Origin: Candidatus Blochmanniella floridana
GTDB taxonomy: Bacteria; Pseudomonadota; Gammaproteobacteria; Enterobacterales; Enterobacteriaceae
NCBI GenBank assembly: GCA_000043285.1
Contig: BX248583.1
Coordinates: forward strand, 390,001-422,000
DNA: 32,000 bases
Direction of reading: 5' to 3'
Shown here: piece by piece, positions 1 to 10,015 of the stretch
Numbering within the stretch: position 1 is the stretch's first letter
Layout of the letters: every line of letters starts with the position of its first letter
Notes under the pieces: model-generated
The model's input: the letters and a program-made list of their open reading frames with translations, nothing else
Told to the model about the DNA's origin: nothing
Database searches by the model: none
Position numbers and translations under genes: made by a program

Positions 1-1
1 T

Positions 2-436
2 AATTTTAACGAAGCAATTAAACAAGCTGAAGATTTGGAATTAGATTTAGTTGAAATTAGTCCTAATTCTGATCCTCCAGTGTGTAAAATTATGAATTAT
101 GGTAAATTTTTATATGAAAAAAATAAATCTACCAAAGAACAAAAGAAAAAACAAAAAATTATTCATATTAAAGAAATAAAATTTAGACCTGGTACTGATG
201 AAGGAGATTATCAAGTAAAATTACGTAATATAATTAAATTTTTAAATGATGGATATAAAATTAAAATTACTTTACGTTTTAGAGGTGGAGAATTAATACA
301 CCAACAAATTGGAGTTAGAGTATTACATCGTATCAGTCAAGATTTACATGATTTAATGACAGTTGAAATTTTTCCAAATAAAGTTGAAGGAAGGCAAATG
401 ACAATGATTTTAGCTCCAAAAAAAAAACCTGTGTAA
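2..436 (+). CDS. infC: Translation initiation factor IF-3, C-terminal part. The 5' end lies outside the window; the TTG at 35 in the ORF track is internal.
   Basis: The frame is open from nt 2 ([40 protein letters not shown]...). It is near-collinear with remembered E. coli IF3 (...[27 protein letters not shown]...[16 protein letters not shown]...APKKK). infC-rpmI-rplT synteny supports the call. Confidence 0.95.
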   Translation, partial: NFNEAIKQAEDLELDLVEISPNSDPPVCKIMNYGKFLYEKNKSTKEQKKKQKIIHIKEIKFRPGTDEGDYQVKLRNIIKFLNDGYKIKITLRFRGGELIHQQIGVRVLHRISQDLHDLMTVEIFPNKVEGRQMTMILAPKKKPV

Positions 437-530
437 TTTAATATAATTAAATTAGTTATAGTGTATAAATAAAACCTAATAAATATAAATTAAGAATATA
501 TTTTAAGTTATGTTAAAGTGAAGGATATAT

Positions 531-728
531 ATGCCTAAAATTAAAACATCGCGGAGCGCTAGTAAAAGATTTAAAAGGTTATCTTCAAATAAATATAAAT
601 TTAAACACGCATACGCAAGGCACATTCTAACAAAAAAATCTACAAAACACAAACGACACTTGCGCATAAAATCTATTTTATCTAAAAAAAATAACAGAAA
701 AATCATGAAATATTTACCATATATATAA
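531..728 (+). CDS. rpmI: 50S ribosomal protein L35
   Basis: 65-aa basic protein starting MPKIKT.RSA.KRFK, typical of L35. GAAGGA Shine-Dalgarno about 8 nt upstream. Sits between infC and rplT. Confidence 0.95.
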
Positions 729-825
729 TTCTTTAATTTTATTGAACACAAAACGTATAATACATATATGTATGTACATACTATAACTGATAGAGTCGTT
801 TATTCATTACAGGAGTAAATATATA

Positions 826-1182
826 ATGGTTCGAGTAAAAAATAGTGTTACCGCCCATAGTCGGCATAAAAAAATCTTAAAGAGGGCAACTGGATATTAT
901 GGAGCGAGATCTCGTACATATCGAGTTGCATATCAAGCCATTATAAAAGCTGGTCAATATGCTTATAGAGATCGTAAACAGAAAAAGAGGATATTTCGTC
1001 AATTATGGATTAGTCATATCAATGCAGTAGCTCGCCAATACGGACTATCTTATAATAATTTAATCAATAATTTATATAAATCCTCTATTTATATTAATAG
1101 AAAAATGCTAGCTGAGTTAGCTACATCAGATCAAGTAGCATTTTTAAATTTAGTAAATAACATTAAAATTCACTCAAAATAA
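826..1182 (+). CDS. rplT: 50S ribosomal protein L20
   Basis: 118 aa, MVRVK....[45 protein letters not shown], matching L20. AGGAG Shine-Dalgarno upstream. Confidence 0.95.
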
Positions 1183-1285
1183 CCCTTAATGTTATTATGA
1201 GTAATATATTAAATATGATGTTTGTTATAAAAAAATCAGAATTTTATACTTATAATAATGTTATGAATTAATAGTTACTTCACCA

Positions 1286-2293
1286 ATGCCAAAAAAATTA
1301 CTAATTAATTTAGTTAAACAAGCAAAATTATCTTTAGAACAATCTAATACCATACAGGATGTAGAATCAATACGAATTCAATTTTTGGGTAAACATGGTT
1401 ATATCAATCAGCAATTAAAAAAAATAAACTCTTTAAATTGGGACAATAAATCTAAAATAGGAACAGTAATAAATCAAGTTAAATCAGATATACATCAACT
1501 ATTTTTAGAAAGAAAAAAATTAATAACACTCAAAGCTATAGAAAAATCATTAAATACAGAAAAATTAGATATCACTCTACCCGGTAGATTATCAGAAACT
1601 GGCACTATTCATCCTATAACTAACACTATAAATCGAATCAGACTTTTTTTTAATCATTTAGGATTTAAAGAAATATATGGACCAGAAATTGAAAATAGTT
1701 ATTTTAATTTCGATTCTTTAAATATTCCGAATAACCATCCTTCTCGTGATCAGCATGATACTTTTTGGTTTGATACAAACAAATTGCTTAGAACACATAC
1801 TTCTGGTATTCAAATTCGTGCTATGAAGCATATACCAATGCCAATTCAAATTATTTCTATAGGAAAAGTATATCGAAAAGATTATAATAAAGAACATACT
1901 CCTATGTTTCATCAAATAGAAGGAATGATGATTAGTTCAAATATAAATTTGACTAATTTAAAAAAAATTTTATATGATTTTTTATATAATTTTTTTGGAA
2001 AGAATGTAATTTTGCGTTTCAGAGCATCTTATTTTCCATTTACAGAACCATCAGCAGAGATAGACATATTAAATTTAAATATCAATAATAAAAAACAACC
2101 TAAAAAATGGATAGAATTACTAGGATGTGGCATGATACATCCTACAGTATTAAACAATGGAGGGATTGATTCAAAAAAATTTTCAGGATTTGCTTTTGGA
2201 ATAGGAATAGAACGATTAACAATGTTACTATATCATATGACTGATATTCGTGTTTTTTTTGAAAATGACTTACAATTTTTAGATCAATTTTAA
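1286..2293 (+). CDS. pheS: Phenylalanine--tRNA ligase alpha subunit
   Basis: 335 aa with class II motifs collinear with E. coli PheS (HPARxxHDTFWFD-like [57 protein letters not shown]). Confidence 0.96.
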
Positions 2294-2328
2294 TATTACC
2301 ACACTCATTTTAACGGAAAAACATTATA

Positions 2329-4740
2329 ATGAAATTCAGTGAATCATGGATACGCGAATGGGTTAATCCTCCTATTGATCATGATCAATTAATAGATCAA
2401 TTTACTTTAGCTGGATTGAATGTAGAAGAATCTAGAAAATTAAACTCTAATAAATTTTATGGCATAGTTATTGCTAAAATCATAGAATGTCAAGTACATC
2501 CTAGCTTAGCCGATACATGGATAATGACAGTAAATAGTGGTGGAGGAAATATAATTAATATAATTACAAATAACATGAATTACAATAAAAATACAAAAGT
2601 AGTGGTAGCCAACATAGGAGCAATATTACCAAATGGTAATATAATTAAACAGATTAATATACAAGGAAGAAAATCAGAAGGAGTTTTATGCACTTTTTCA
2701 ATGTTAGGATTAAATTATTATACACAAAAAGGAATTATAGAATTACCTATCGATGCACCCATTGGGTGTAATTTTTACGATTATTTGCATTTTAACGATA
2801 ATATTATTGATATTAATATTACTCCTAATAGAGGAGATTGTTTAAGTGTAATAGGTTTATCTAGAGAAATCGCAGCTATTAATCAATGTAAATTAAAAAA
2901 AATAAATATCAAATCAAATGTTCCAAATATTTTGGATACCATTCCAATTATTATTGAAACTCCACACGATTGTCCTAAATTTTTAGGAAAAGTATTAAAA
3001 AATATAGATATCACTATTCCTACTCCTCTAAAAATACAAGAAAAATTAATTCGCTGTGGAATACAACCCATCAATATCATTACGGATATTGCAAATTATG
3101 TTTTATTAGAATTAGGACAACCAGTACGTATCTTTGATTATGAAAAAATTGATAAAAACATAATATATGTACGATTTTCCAAACCAGGAGAAACATTAAC
3201 ATTATCTGAAAATAATATTAATATAAAATTATTTTCAAAGACATTAGTTATATCTGATGTACGTAAACCATTAGCTATTGCTGGAGTTATCACAGGTAAT
3301 CAATCAAGTGTCTCTTGTTCAACTCATAATATATTTTTAAAAGTTGCTTTTTTTAATCCCCTAACTATTATAAATCAATATAAACTATATAATTTATATA
3401 CTTCTTCTGTTGTTCGTTATGAAAAAGGAATAGATCCTGATATATCCGAATTAGCATTGAATTATGCTACATCATTATTGATAAAGTATTGTCATGGAAA
3501 AGCAGGGCCAACGATAAATATTATAAGTCATAATCATTTACCAAAAATTAAAATCATTAAATTACATCGTTCCAAATTAAATATGATATTAGGATTTTAT
3601 ATTCCTGATCAAAAAATCATTAATATTTTAACTAATCTTGGATTTCAAGTAGAAACGCAAGGTCATAATTGGATAGTATCTACTCCAAGTTGGCGTTTTG
3701 ATATTAATATAGAAGAAAATGTAATATCTGAAATTATTCGAATATATGGATATAATCATATTCCGAAAATTCCAGCTAAAATATCATTAAATCAAACTGT
3801 TCAATGTATACCTAATCAAGTTATATCCTTATCAAAATCTAAAACTGTATTAATAGCTCGGGGTTATCAAGAAATAATAACATATAGCTTTGTTGATCCT
3901 AATATACAAAAACTATTACACCCTCAATGTATACCATTAACTTTAATGAATCCTATTAGCACAAATATGTCAGTTATGAGATTATCCTTATGGACTGGAT
4001 TAATTCAAACAATGTTATATAACCAAAATAGACAACACAAAAATATCAAACTCTTTGAAAGTGGAATATGTTTTATTCCAAAAAATTCTCATAGCAAACA
4101 AGTATCGCAACAATTAAGACTATCTGGAATTCGATCTGGTTTGAGACATTATGAACATTGGGATATACATACATCTTTAACTGATTTTTATGATATTAAA
4201 GGTGATGTAGAATCTATACTGTATTTATTTAATAAAAAAAATCAAAACAATAATATTCATTTTAAAAGTTGCACATATCCTGCCTTACACCCTGGGCAAA
4301 GTGCAGAAATATATTTAAATGATATATTTTTGGGATATGTAGGTGTAATTCATCCTATGATACAATATAAATTACGAATACATTCAAATGTCTTAGTGTT
4401 TGAGTTAATTTGGGATTCAATTGTTAATATAAAATCACAAAAGATTATTGATATTTCTAAATTTCCTAAAAATTATCGAGATATTTCTTTAATAATACCA
4501 ACTCATATTTCTGCATCATCTGTTATAGAAACATGTAAAAAAATTGGCATAATTAACTTAACTGAAGTTAAGTTAATTGATGTATATACAGGACGAAATA
4601 TACCAACTAATTTTAAAAGTTTAACTATTAAATTAACTTTACAAAGTAAAACACATACATTAAAAGAACAAGAGATTAAAGAGATTATCATTATATGTAC
4701 AACAACACTTAAAAAACATTTTAATGCTATTTTTAGATAA
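2329..4740 (+). CDS. pheT: Phenylalanine--tRNA ligase beta subunit
   Basis: 803 aa, starts MKFSESWIREWVNP as in E. coli PheT (MKFSELWLREWVNP). Length and position directly after pheS fit. Confidence 0.95.
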   Translation: MKFSESWIREWVNPPIDHDQLIDQFTLAGLNVEESRKLNSNKFYGIVIAKIIECQVHPSLADTWIMTVNSGGGNIINIITNNMNYNKNTKVVVANIGAILPNGNIIKQINIQGRKSEGVLCTFSMLGLNYYTQKGIIELPIDAPIGCNFYDYLHFNDNIIDINITPNRGDCLSVIGLSREIAAINQCKLKKINIKSNVPNILDTIPIIIETPHDCPKFLGKVLKNIDITIPTPLKIQEKLIRCGIQPINIITDIANYVLLELGQPVRIFDYEKIDKNIIYVRFSKPGETLTLSENNINIKLFSKTLVISDVRKPLAIAGVITGNQSSVSCSTHNIFLKVAFFNPLTIINQYKLYNLYTSSVVRYEKGIDPDISELALNYATSLLIKYCHGKAGPTINIISHNHLPKIKIIKLHRSKLNMILGFYIPDQKIINILTNLGFQVETQGHNWIVSTPSWRFDINIEENVISEIIRIYGYNHIPKIPAKISLNQTVQCIPNQVISLSKSKTVLIARGYQEIITYSFVDPNIQKLLHPQCIPLTLMNPISTNMSVMRLSLWTGLIQTMLYNQNRQHKNIKLFESGICFIPKNSHSKQVSQQLRLSGIRSGLRHYEHWDIHTSLTDFYDIKGDVESILYLFNKKNQNNNIHFKSCTYPALHPGQSAEIYLNDIFLGYVGVIHPMIQYKLRIHSNVLVFELIWDSIVNIKSQKIIDISKFPKNYRDISLIIPTHISASSVIETCKKIGIINLTEVKLIDVYTGRNIPTNFKSLTIKLTLQSKTHTLKEQEIKEIIIICTTTLKKHFNAIFR

Positions 4741-4843
4741 TAATATGACATTAAAAATCATTTAATTCATGTACTTAAATTTACTCAAATTAATAAATAC
4801 TATATAATAGAACATTTATATTATTGATATATAATTTTAAAAT

Positions 4844-5857
4844 ATGATACCACTAAGATTATTATTTTCTACTTCATACAACCCATGGTTTAATTTATCA
4901 CTAGAAGAATATATTTTTAAAAATATGGATCAAAATCAAACCATATTATTTCTATGGAGAAATCAAAATACTATAGTTATAGGACGCTCTCAAAATGCAT
5001 GGAAAGAATGTAATACACGACGCATGAATCGAGATGGAGTAAAATTAGCTCGTCGACATAGTGGCGGTGGAGCAGTTTTTCATGATTTAGGAAATACTTG
5101 CTTTACTTTTATGTCTACGCAAAAAAACTATAATAAAAATGTATCTTTTAAAATTATTTTGGATGGATTAAATTCTTTAAATATTTCAGCAAAAATTTCT
5201 GGTCGCAATGATCTAATTATTAATACAAATCAAGGAGATCGTAAAATTAGTGGTTCTGCATATCGACAAGTATCCGATCGTCAATTACATCATGGAACAT
5301 TGCTATTAAATGTTGACATAAATAAATTATCTTATTATTTAAATCCAGATTCTAAAAAATTAAAATCTAAAGGCATTACTTCTGTAAATTCAAGAATTAT
5401 TAATCTAAATACATTACATGCTAATATTACTCACGATTTAGTATGTAATCAATTAAAAACAGCATTTTTTAATTATTATCAAACAACTGTAGAATCAGAA
5501 ATAATTTCTATAAAAAACTTTAATCATATAAAAGATTTCTCTAAACAATTTAATAAACAACGTAGTTGGCAATGGAATTTTGGAAACACCCCATCATTTT
5601 CTCACTATTTAGATAATAGATTTAATTGGGGCAGTGTAGAATTACATTTTGATATCTCTCATGGGATGATTAACCGTAGTCATATTTTTACTGATAGTTT
5701 GAATCCTGAGCCTTTAGAAGAATTATCTAAAAAATTAATTGGAATATCTTATAATGCTGTAACTATTCAACATTGCTGTCAAGAATGGACAAAAAACTGG
5801 CCTCAATTTCAAGAATTACAAGAAGTTACTCATTGGTTAATAACCAATGTCACATAA
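4844..5857 (+). CDS. lplA: Lipoate-protein ligase A
   Basis: 337 aa, collinear with remembered E. coli LplA (LRLL.S.SY.PWFNL..EE.IF..M, FLWRN..T.VIGR.QN.WKECNTRRM, ARR.SGGGAVFHDLGNTCFTFM, GDRK.SGSAYR, HHGTLLLN, WNFG..P.FSH). Confidence 0.93.
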   Translation: MIPLRLLFSTSYNPWFNLSLEEYIFKNMDQNQTILFLWRNQNTIVIGRSQNAWKECNTRRMNRDGVKLARRHSGGGAVFHDLGNTCFTFMSTQKNYNKNVSFKIILDGLNSLNISAKISGRNDLIINTNQGDRKISGSAYRQVSDRQLHHGTLLLNVDINKLSYYLNPDSKKLKSKGITSVNSRIINLNTLHANITHDLVCNQLKTAFFNYYQTTVESEIISIKNFNHIKDFSKQFNKQRSWQWNFGNTPSFSHYLDNRFNWGSVELHFDISHGMINRSHIFTDSLNPEPLEELSKKLIGISYNAVTIQHCCQEWTKNWPQFQELQEVTHWLITNVT

Positions 5858-5969
5858 TAATACAATATCTCATTTTTAATTTTAATATTTGAAAATCAAC
5901 CAATTATTAAATATCTTTGTATAATAAAAATATGTATAATGGCTATGTAAATATAATAAGCTATAATTA

Positions 5970-5995
5970 TATACCTAACTCGGTAGTTAGGTATA
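5970..5995. promoter_or_regulatory. Perfect 11-bp-arm inverted repeat with a 4-nt centre (TATACCTAACT-CGGT-AGTTAGGTATA), 28 nt upstream of the sufA start. Candidate operator or 5'-UTR hairpin.
   Basis: Arms 5970-5980 and 5985-5995 are exact reverse complements. The repeat contains G/C pairs that are unusual for this spacer. A TATAAT hexamer (5992-5997) overlaps the right arm. Confidence 0.4.
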
Positions 5996-6023
5996 ATATA
6001 AACATTAAAAAACTAGGTACTTA

Positions 6024-6410
6024 ATGATGCATAATGATACATATAATAAATATCTAAAAACTAACCAAAAAAAAATTTTATGGAAAGGTATTACATTGAC
6101 TGATCCTGCAGTACAACATATCATGAAATTAATCAATCACGAAAAAAATATAGTACTAGGATTTAAGATAACTATTAAAAAATCAGGTTGCGCAGGATTA
6201 ACTTATAAAATAAGCAAAGTTACTAATTTAGAAGAAAATACTATAGTTTATGAATACAATGGAATTAAATTATTCATACCAATTGAAGTAATGCCTTTTA
6301 TTGACGGAACTGAATTAGATTATATTCAAGACGGATTAAATTATTCGTTTAAATTTAATAATCCTAAAGCTCGATATTCTTGCGGGTGTGGTGAAAGTTT
6401 TAATATATAA
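6024..6410 (+). CDS. sufA: Fe-S cluster assembly A-type carrier SufA
   Basis: 128 aa with the SGCAG...C.CGESF cysteine motif of A-type carriers. First gene of the sufABCDSE cluster. The start could also be the adjacent ATG at 6027. Confidence 0.9.
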   Translation: MMHNDTYNKYLKTNQKKILWKGITLTDPAVQHIMKLINHEKNIVLGFKITIKKSGCAGLTYKISKVTNLEENTIVYEYNGIKLFIPIEVMPFIDGTELDYIQDGLNYSFKFNNPKARYSCGCGESFNI

Positions 6411-6423
6411 TAGGTATTATACT

Positions 6424-7926
6424 ATGATTGATAAAAAAATAAGTACACATAACATAAATCAGCACTCTACATATACTAATAATTCATATTATAAAGAAGG
6501 ATTTTTTACTCAATTAAAAAATGAAGAGTTTGCTCAAGGAATTAACGAAAAAGTAATCCGAAATATTTCTGAAAAAAGATCTGAACCTGAATGGATGTTA
6601 AAATTCAGATTATCAGGATATAAAGCATGGATTAATATGCAAGAACCCCATTGGTTAAAAGGACATTACCATAATCTTGATTATAATTCTTATAGTTATT
6701 ATTCTGCTCCAGAATATTCAACGCATAATCAATCTGAAAAACAAGAAAAAAAATTAGATCATACTATTTCAAAAAAATCACCATTCTTGACAAAAGAAGT
6801 AGAAAAAACATTTAATAAACTAGGTATACCTGTAAACGATATAGGTAATGTAGCAATTGATGCAATTTTTGATTCAGTTTCTGTATCTACTACATTTCGT
6901 AATACTCTTTTAAAAAAAGGAATTATTTTTTGTTCTTTAAATGATGCTATTCATGATTATCCAAATTTAGTACGTAAATACTTAGGTACAGTGGTATCTT
7001 ATAAAGATAATTTTTTTGCTGCTTTAAATGCTGCAGTTGTTTCAGATGGTACATTTATATATATTCCAAAAAACGTACGCTGTCCAATGGAATTATCTAC
7101 ATATTTTCGAATTAATTCTAAAAAAACCGGCCAATTTGAACGCACTATTTTAATAGCAGATTCAGGAAGTTATGTAAGTTATATAGAAGGATGTTCAGCT
7201 CCAGCTCATAATAATTATCAGCTTCATGCAGCGGTTGTAGAGGTTATTGTGTTGAAAAATGCTCAAGTTAAATATTCAACAATACAAAATTGGTTTTCAG
7301 GACATTCAAAAAACTCTCAGGGAGGTATTTTGAATTTTGTTACAAAAAGAGCATTATGTGCTGAAGAAAATGCTAAAATGTCTTGGACTCAATCTGAATC
7401 AGGATCTGCTATTACTTGGAAATATCCCAGTGTTATTTTAAAAGGTAAAAATTCAGTAGGAGAATTTTTTTCAGTTGCTATTACTAATGGTATACAACAA
7501 GCTGATACTGGAACGAAGATGATTCATATCGGAGAAAATTCTCGATCAACCATTATTTCTAAAGGTATTTCTATCGGGAATAGCCAAAATACTTATCGTG
7601 GATTAGTAAAAATTTTACCAACTGCTACACATGCTCGTAATTTTACTCAGTGCGATTCAATGTTAATTGGTAAAAAATGTGGGGCTCATACATTTCCAAA
7701 TATTGAATCTCATAATAATACTGCCCAAGTAGAACATGAAGCAACAACATCTAAAATTAGTGATAATCAATTATTTTATTGTCGACAACGAGGTATTACT
7801 GAAGATAATGCTATTTCTATGATTGTTAATGGTTTTTGTAAAGATATATTTTCTGCATTACCTTTAGAATTTTCTGTAGAAGCACAAAAGTTATTAGAAA
7901 TAACTTTAGAACATAGTGTCGGTTAA
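6424..7926 (+). CDS. sufB: Fe-S cluster assembly scaffold SufB
   Basis: Strong SufB-like C-terminal two thirds (FERTLI.AD.GS.VSY.EGC.AP, QNW, GENS.STI.SKGIS, F.QCDS.L). I prefer the ATG at 6424 (about 500 aa, close to E. coli) over the GTG at 6388, which overlaps sufA. Confidence 0.9.
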   Translation: MIDKKISTHNINQHSTYTNNSYYKEGFFTQLKNEEFAQGINEKVIRNISEKRSEPEWMLKFRLSGYKAWINMQEPHWLKGHYHNLDYNSYSYYSAPEYSTHNQSEKQEKKLDHTISKKSPFLTKEVEKTFNKLGIPVNDIGNVAIDAIFDSVSVSTTFRNTLLKKGIIFCSLNDAIHDYPNLVRKYLGTVVSYKDNFFAALNAAVVSDGTFIYIPKNVRCPMELSTYFRINSKKTGQFERTILIADSGSYVSYIEGCSAPAHNNYQLHAAVVEVIVLKNAQVKYSTIQNWFSGHSKNSQGGILNFVTKRALCAEENAKMSWTQSESGSAITWKYPSVILKGKNSVGEFFSVAITNGIQQADTGTKMIHIGENSRSTIISKGISIGNSQNTYRGLVKILPTATHARNFTQCDSMLIGKKCGAHTFPNIESHNNTAQVEHEATTSKISDNQLFYCRQRGITEDNAISMIVNGFCKDIFSALPLEFSVEAQKLLEITLEHSVG

Positions 7927-7992
7927 AATTGTATTTTCATTTTAAATACTATGTATGATACAAATAAATAATATCAAAAGGAGTATCTATTT

Positions 7993-8730
7993 ATGTTATC
8001 TATACATAACTTAAATGTTAGTGTAAAAGGTTCGTCTATTTTAAATAAACTAAATTTAGAAATTAGCCCCGGAGAAATACATATAATTATGGGCCCTAAT
8101 GGATCAGGTAAAAGTACATTATCTGCTGTTATTTCTGGTCAACCAGACTATATTGTAACGGATGGAACAATTCTATTTAAAAAAAAAGATTTATTATTAT
8201 TAAAACCAGAAGAACGTGCCGGAGAAGGTATTTTTGTAGCTTTTCAATATCCTATAGAGATTCCAGGAATTAGTAATCAATTATTTTTATATAGCGCTAT
8301 TAACGCTATTCGTAAATATCGAAATCAACCTCCTGTTGAACGTTTTGAATTTCTACAATCCGTGCAAAAAAAAATGCAATTACTACATATTCCAGACGAT
8401 TTACTCACAAGATCAGTAAACGTTGGTTTTTCTGGAGGTGAAAAAAAAAGAAATGATATACTACAAATGATGATGCTAGAACCAACACTATGTATTTTAG
8501 ATGAAACAGATTCTGGATTAGATATTGATGCTATCAAAATTGTTTATAATGGATTAAATTTATTGCGTAATACAACTCGTTCATTTATTATTATTACTCA
8601 TTATGAAAGAATTTTAGAATATATTAAACCTGATTATGTACATATATTACATAAAGGATGTATTATAAAATCTGGAGATTTAACGTTAGTAAAAAAACTT
8701 GAGGAAAAAGGATATGGTTGGTTATATTGA
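7993..8730 (+). CDS. sufC: Fe-S cluster assembly ATPase SufC
   Basis: 245 aa with Walker A GPNGSGKST, signature FSGGEKKRNDILQ and Walker B LCILDETDSGLD. Typical atypical-ABC SufC. Confidence 0.95.
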   Translation: MLSIHNLNVSVKGSSILNKLNLEISPGEIHIIMGPNGSGKSTLSAVISGQPDYIVTDGTILFKKKDLLLLKPEERAGEGIFVAFQYPIEIPGISNQLFLYSAINAIRKYRNQPPVERFEFLQSVQKKMQLLHIPDDLLTRSVNVGFSGGEKKRNDILQMMMLEPTLCILDETDSGLDIDAIKIVYNGLNLLRNTTRSFIIITHYERILEYIKPDYVHILHKGCIIKSGDLTLVKKLEEKGYGWLY

Positions 8731-10015
8731 TAATAAAACTCGTACATTAAATGAGTGGTATTATTTATTTAAAAAAAAGCATCCTGAATTTTCAAAAAAA
8801 AACAATAATTATTGGGAACAAAATATAATTAAATTTAATGAATCATACCACGCAATAAATGATCCTTGGAAATATTTTCCCATTGAAGAATTTTATAACA
8901 ATCAATTTATCCTCAATGAAGACGCCGCCATAAATTTATCAACATATAATAAATTACGTTTAAATATAGATTGTTATAGATTAGTATTTATTAACGGCCA
9001 ATTCTCATGTACATTAAGTGATCTAAATATAAATCCATGGATATTAAAAATTGATAACAATCTCAATTATTGGAATACATCAAAACCTATTCGTCCAACA
9101 ATGTTTTTATATTTAACTGAATATTTAAGCGATGTTGTAATACGAATTACATTACCTGAAAAAAAAATTACAAAAAAACCGTTATATTTATTGTATATTA
9201 ATTCAGGATCTGATACACCTAATGCATTAGCTATGTCACACTCTTATCATTACTTAGAAACAGGACAAAACACTGATGCATATGTTATCGAACATGTTGT
9301 AAACATAAATGAATATGCACACTTTAGTGGATCAAGAATGTTAATGTCTATAGGAAATAAATCAAAATTCAATCATGTTAAATTAATACTTAAAAATCAA
9401 TCTAGTTATCATATATCACATCAAGATATGCATATAAATTCATGTTCAGATGTACATAGTAATACTTTTGTTATTGCAGGCTCAAAATTTACATATCATC
9501 AAATCAGTTCTAAAATAAATTATTCAGAATCTTCTATATCATTAAATAGTTTAACTATTTTATCTGAAAGAAATATTAGTAATATGCGTACGTATATAGA
9601 ACATAATAATCAAAATTGTTCTATAAGCAGACAACTACATAAAATTATTGCTAGTGATTATAGCACTGGTATATTTGATGGTTTAATTAAAGTTAATCCA
9701 CATTCAATAAAAACGGATGGAAAAATGATTAACAATAATTTACTACTCAATAAAACTGCTTCAATATATACTATACCTAAACTTGAAATATACTCTGATT
9801 CGGTACAATGTAATCATGGATCTACAGTTGGGCATATAGATCTTAATCATTTATTTTATTTAAGTACACGAGGTATCTCTAAAAAAGATGCTATCAAAAT
9901 GTTAATAGATGCTTTTACTATAGAAAATATAAAAAAAATTCAAAATCTATCATTACAAAAAATAATAGCAGATAAAATAAAAAACGTTTTAACAAAAAAA
10001 ATAATATTTTTATGA
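8714..10015 (+). CDS. sufD: Fe-S cluster assembly protein SufD
   Basis: Position between sufC and sufS. The C-terminal SufB/SufD-family beta-helix region is recognisable (TDGKM.NN.LL....S....P.LEIY.D.V.C.HG.TVG..D...LFYL..RGI....A). ATG at 8714 is preferred to the TTG at 8699. It overlaps the sufC end by 17 nt. Confidence 0.85.
   Translation: MVGYIDNKTRTLNEWYYLFKKKHPEFSKKNNNYWEQNIIKFNESYHAINDPWKYFPIEEFYNNQFILNEDAAINLSTYNKLRLNIDCYRLVFINGQFSCTLSDLNINPWILKIDNNLNYWNTSKPIRPTMFLYLTEYLSDVVIRITLPEKKITKKPLYLLYINSGSDTPNALAMSHSYHYLETGQNTDAYVIEHVVNINEYAHFSGSRMLMSIGNKSKFNHVKLILKNQSSYHISHQDMHINSCSDVHSNTFVIAGSKFTYHQISSKINYSESSISLNSLTILSERNISNMRTYIEHNNQNCSISRQLHKIIASDYSTGIFDGLIKVNPHSIKTDGKMINNNLLLNKTASIYTIPKLEIYSDSVQCNHGSTVGHIDLNHLFYLSTRGISKKDAIKMLIDAFTIENIKKIQNLSLQKIIADKIKNVLTKKIIFL

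Noticed and set aside
503-751. Antisense or out-of-frame ORFs in the track: 503-751(-), 1718-1915(-), 2883-3080(-), 4503-4751(-), 8325-8537(-), 13724-13945(+), 14075-14326(+), 31712-31894(+)
   Set aside because: Each lies wholly inside a well-supported conserved gene on the other strand (rpmI, pheS, pheT, sufC, rnt, serC). Their translations are hydrophobic or low-complexity with no recognisable family. Such ORFs are expected by chance opposite AT-rich coding sequence.
1197-1271. 24-codon ORF in the rplT-pheS spacer as a pheM-like leader peptide
   Set aside because: It is not Phe-rich (2 of 24) and is not followed by any convincing terminator stem. It is probably a chance ORF.
6388-6423. N-terminal extensions suggested by the ORF track: sufB from GTG 6388, sufD from TTG 8699, lpp from 12079, msbA from TTG 26514, rpsA from GTG 28732
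   Set aside because: The extra residues have no counterpart in the E. coli proteins. Internal ATGs at 6424, 8714, 12058, 26502 and 28705 reproduce the conserved N-termini. For lpp there is also a GGAG Shine-Dalgarno.
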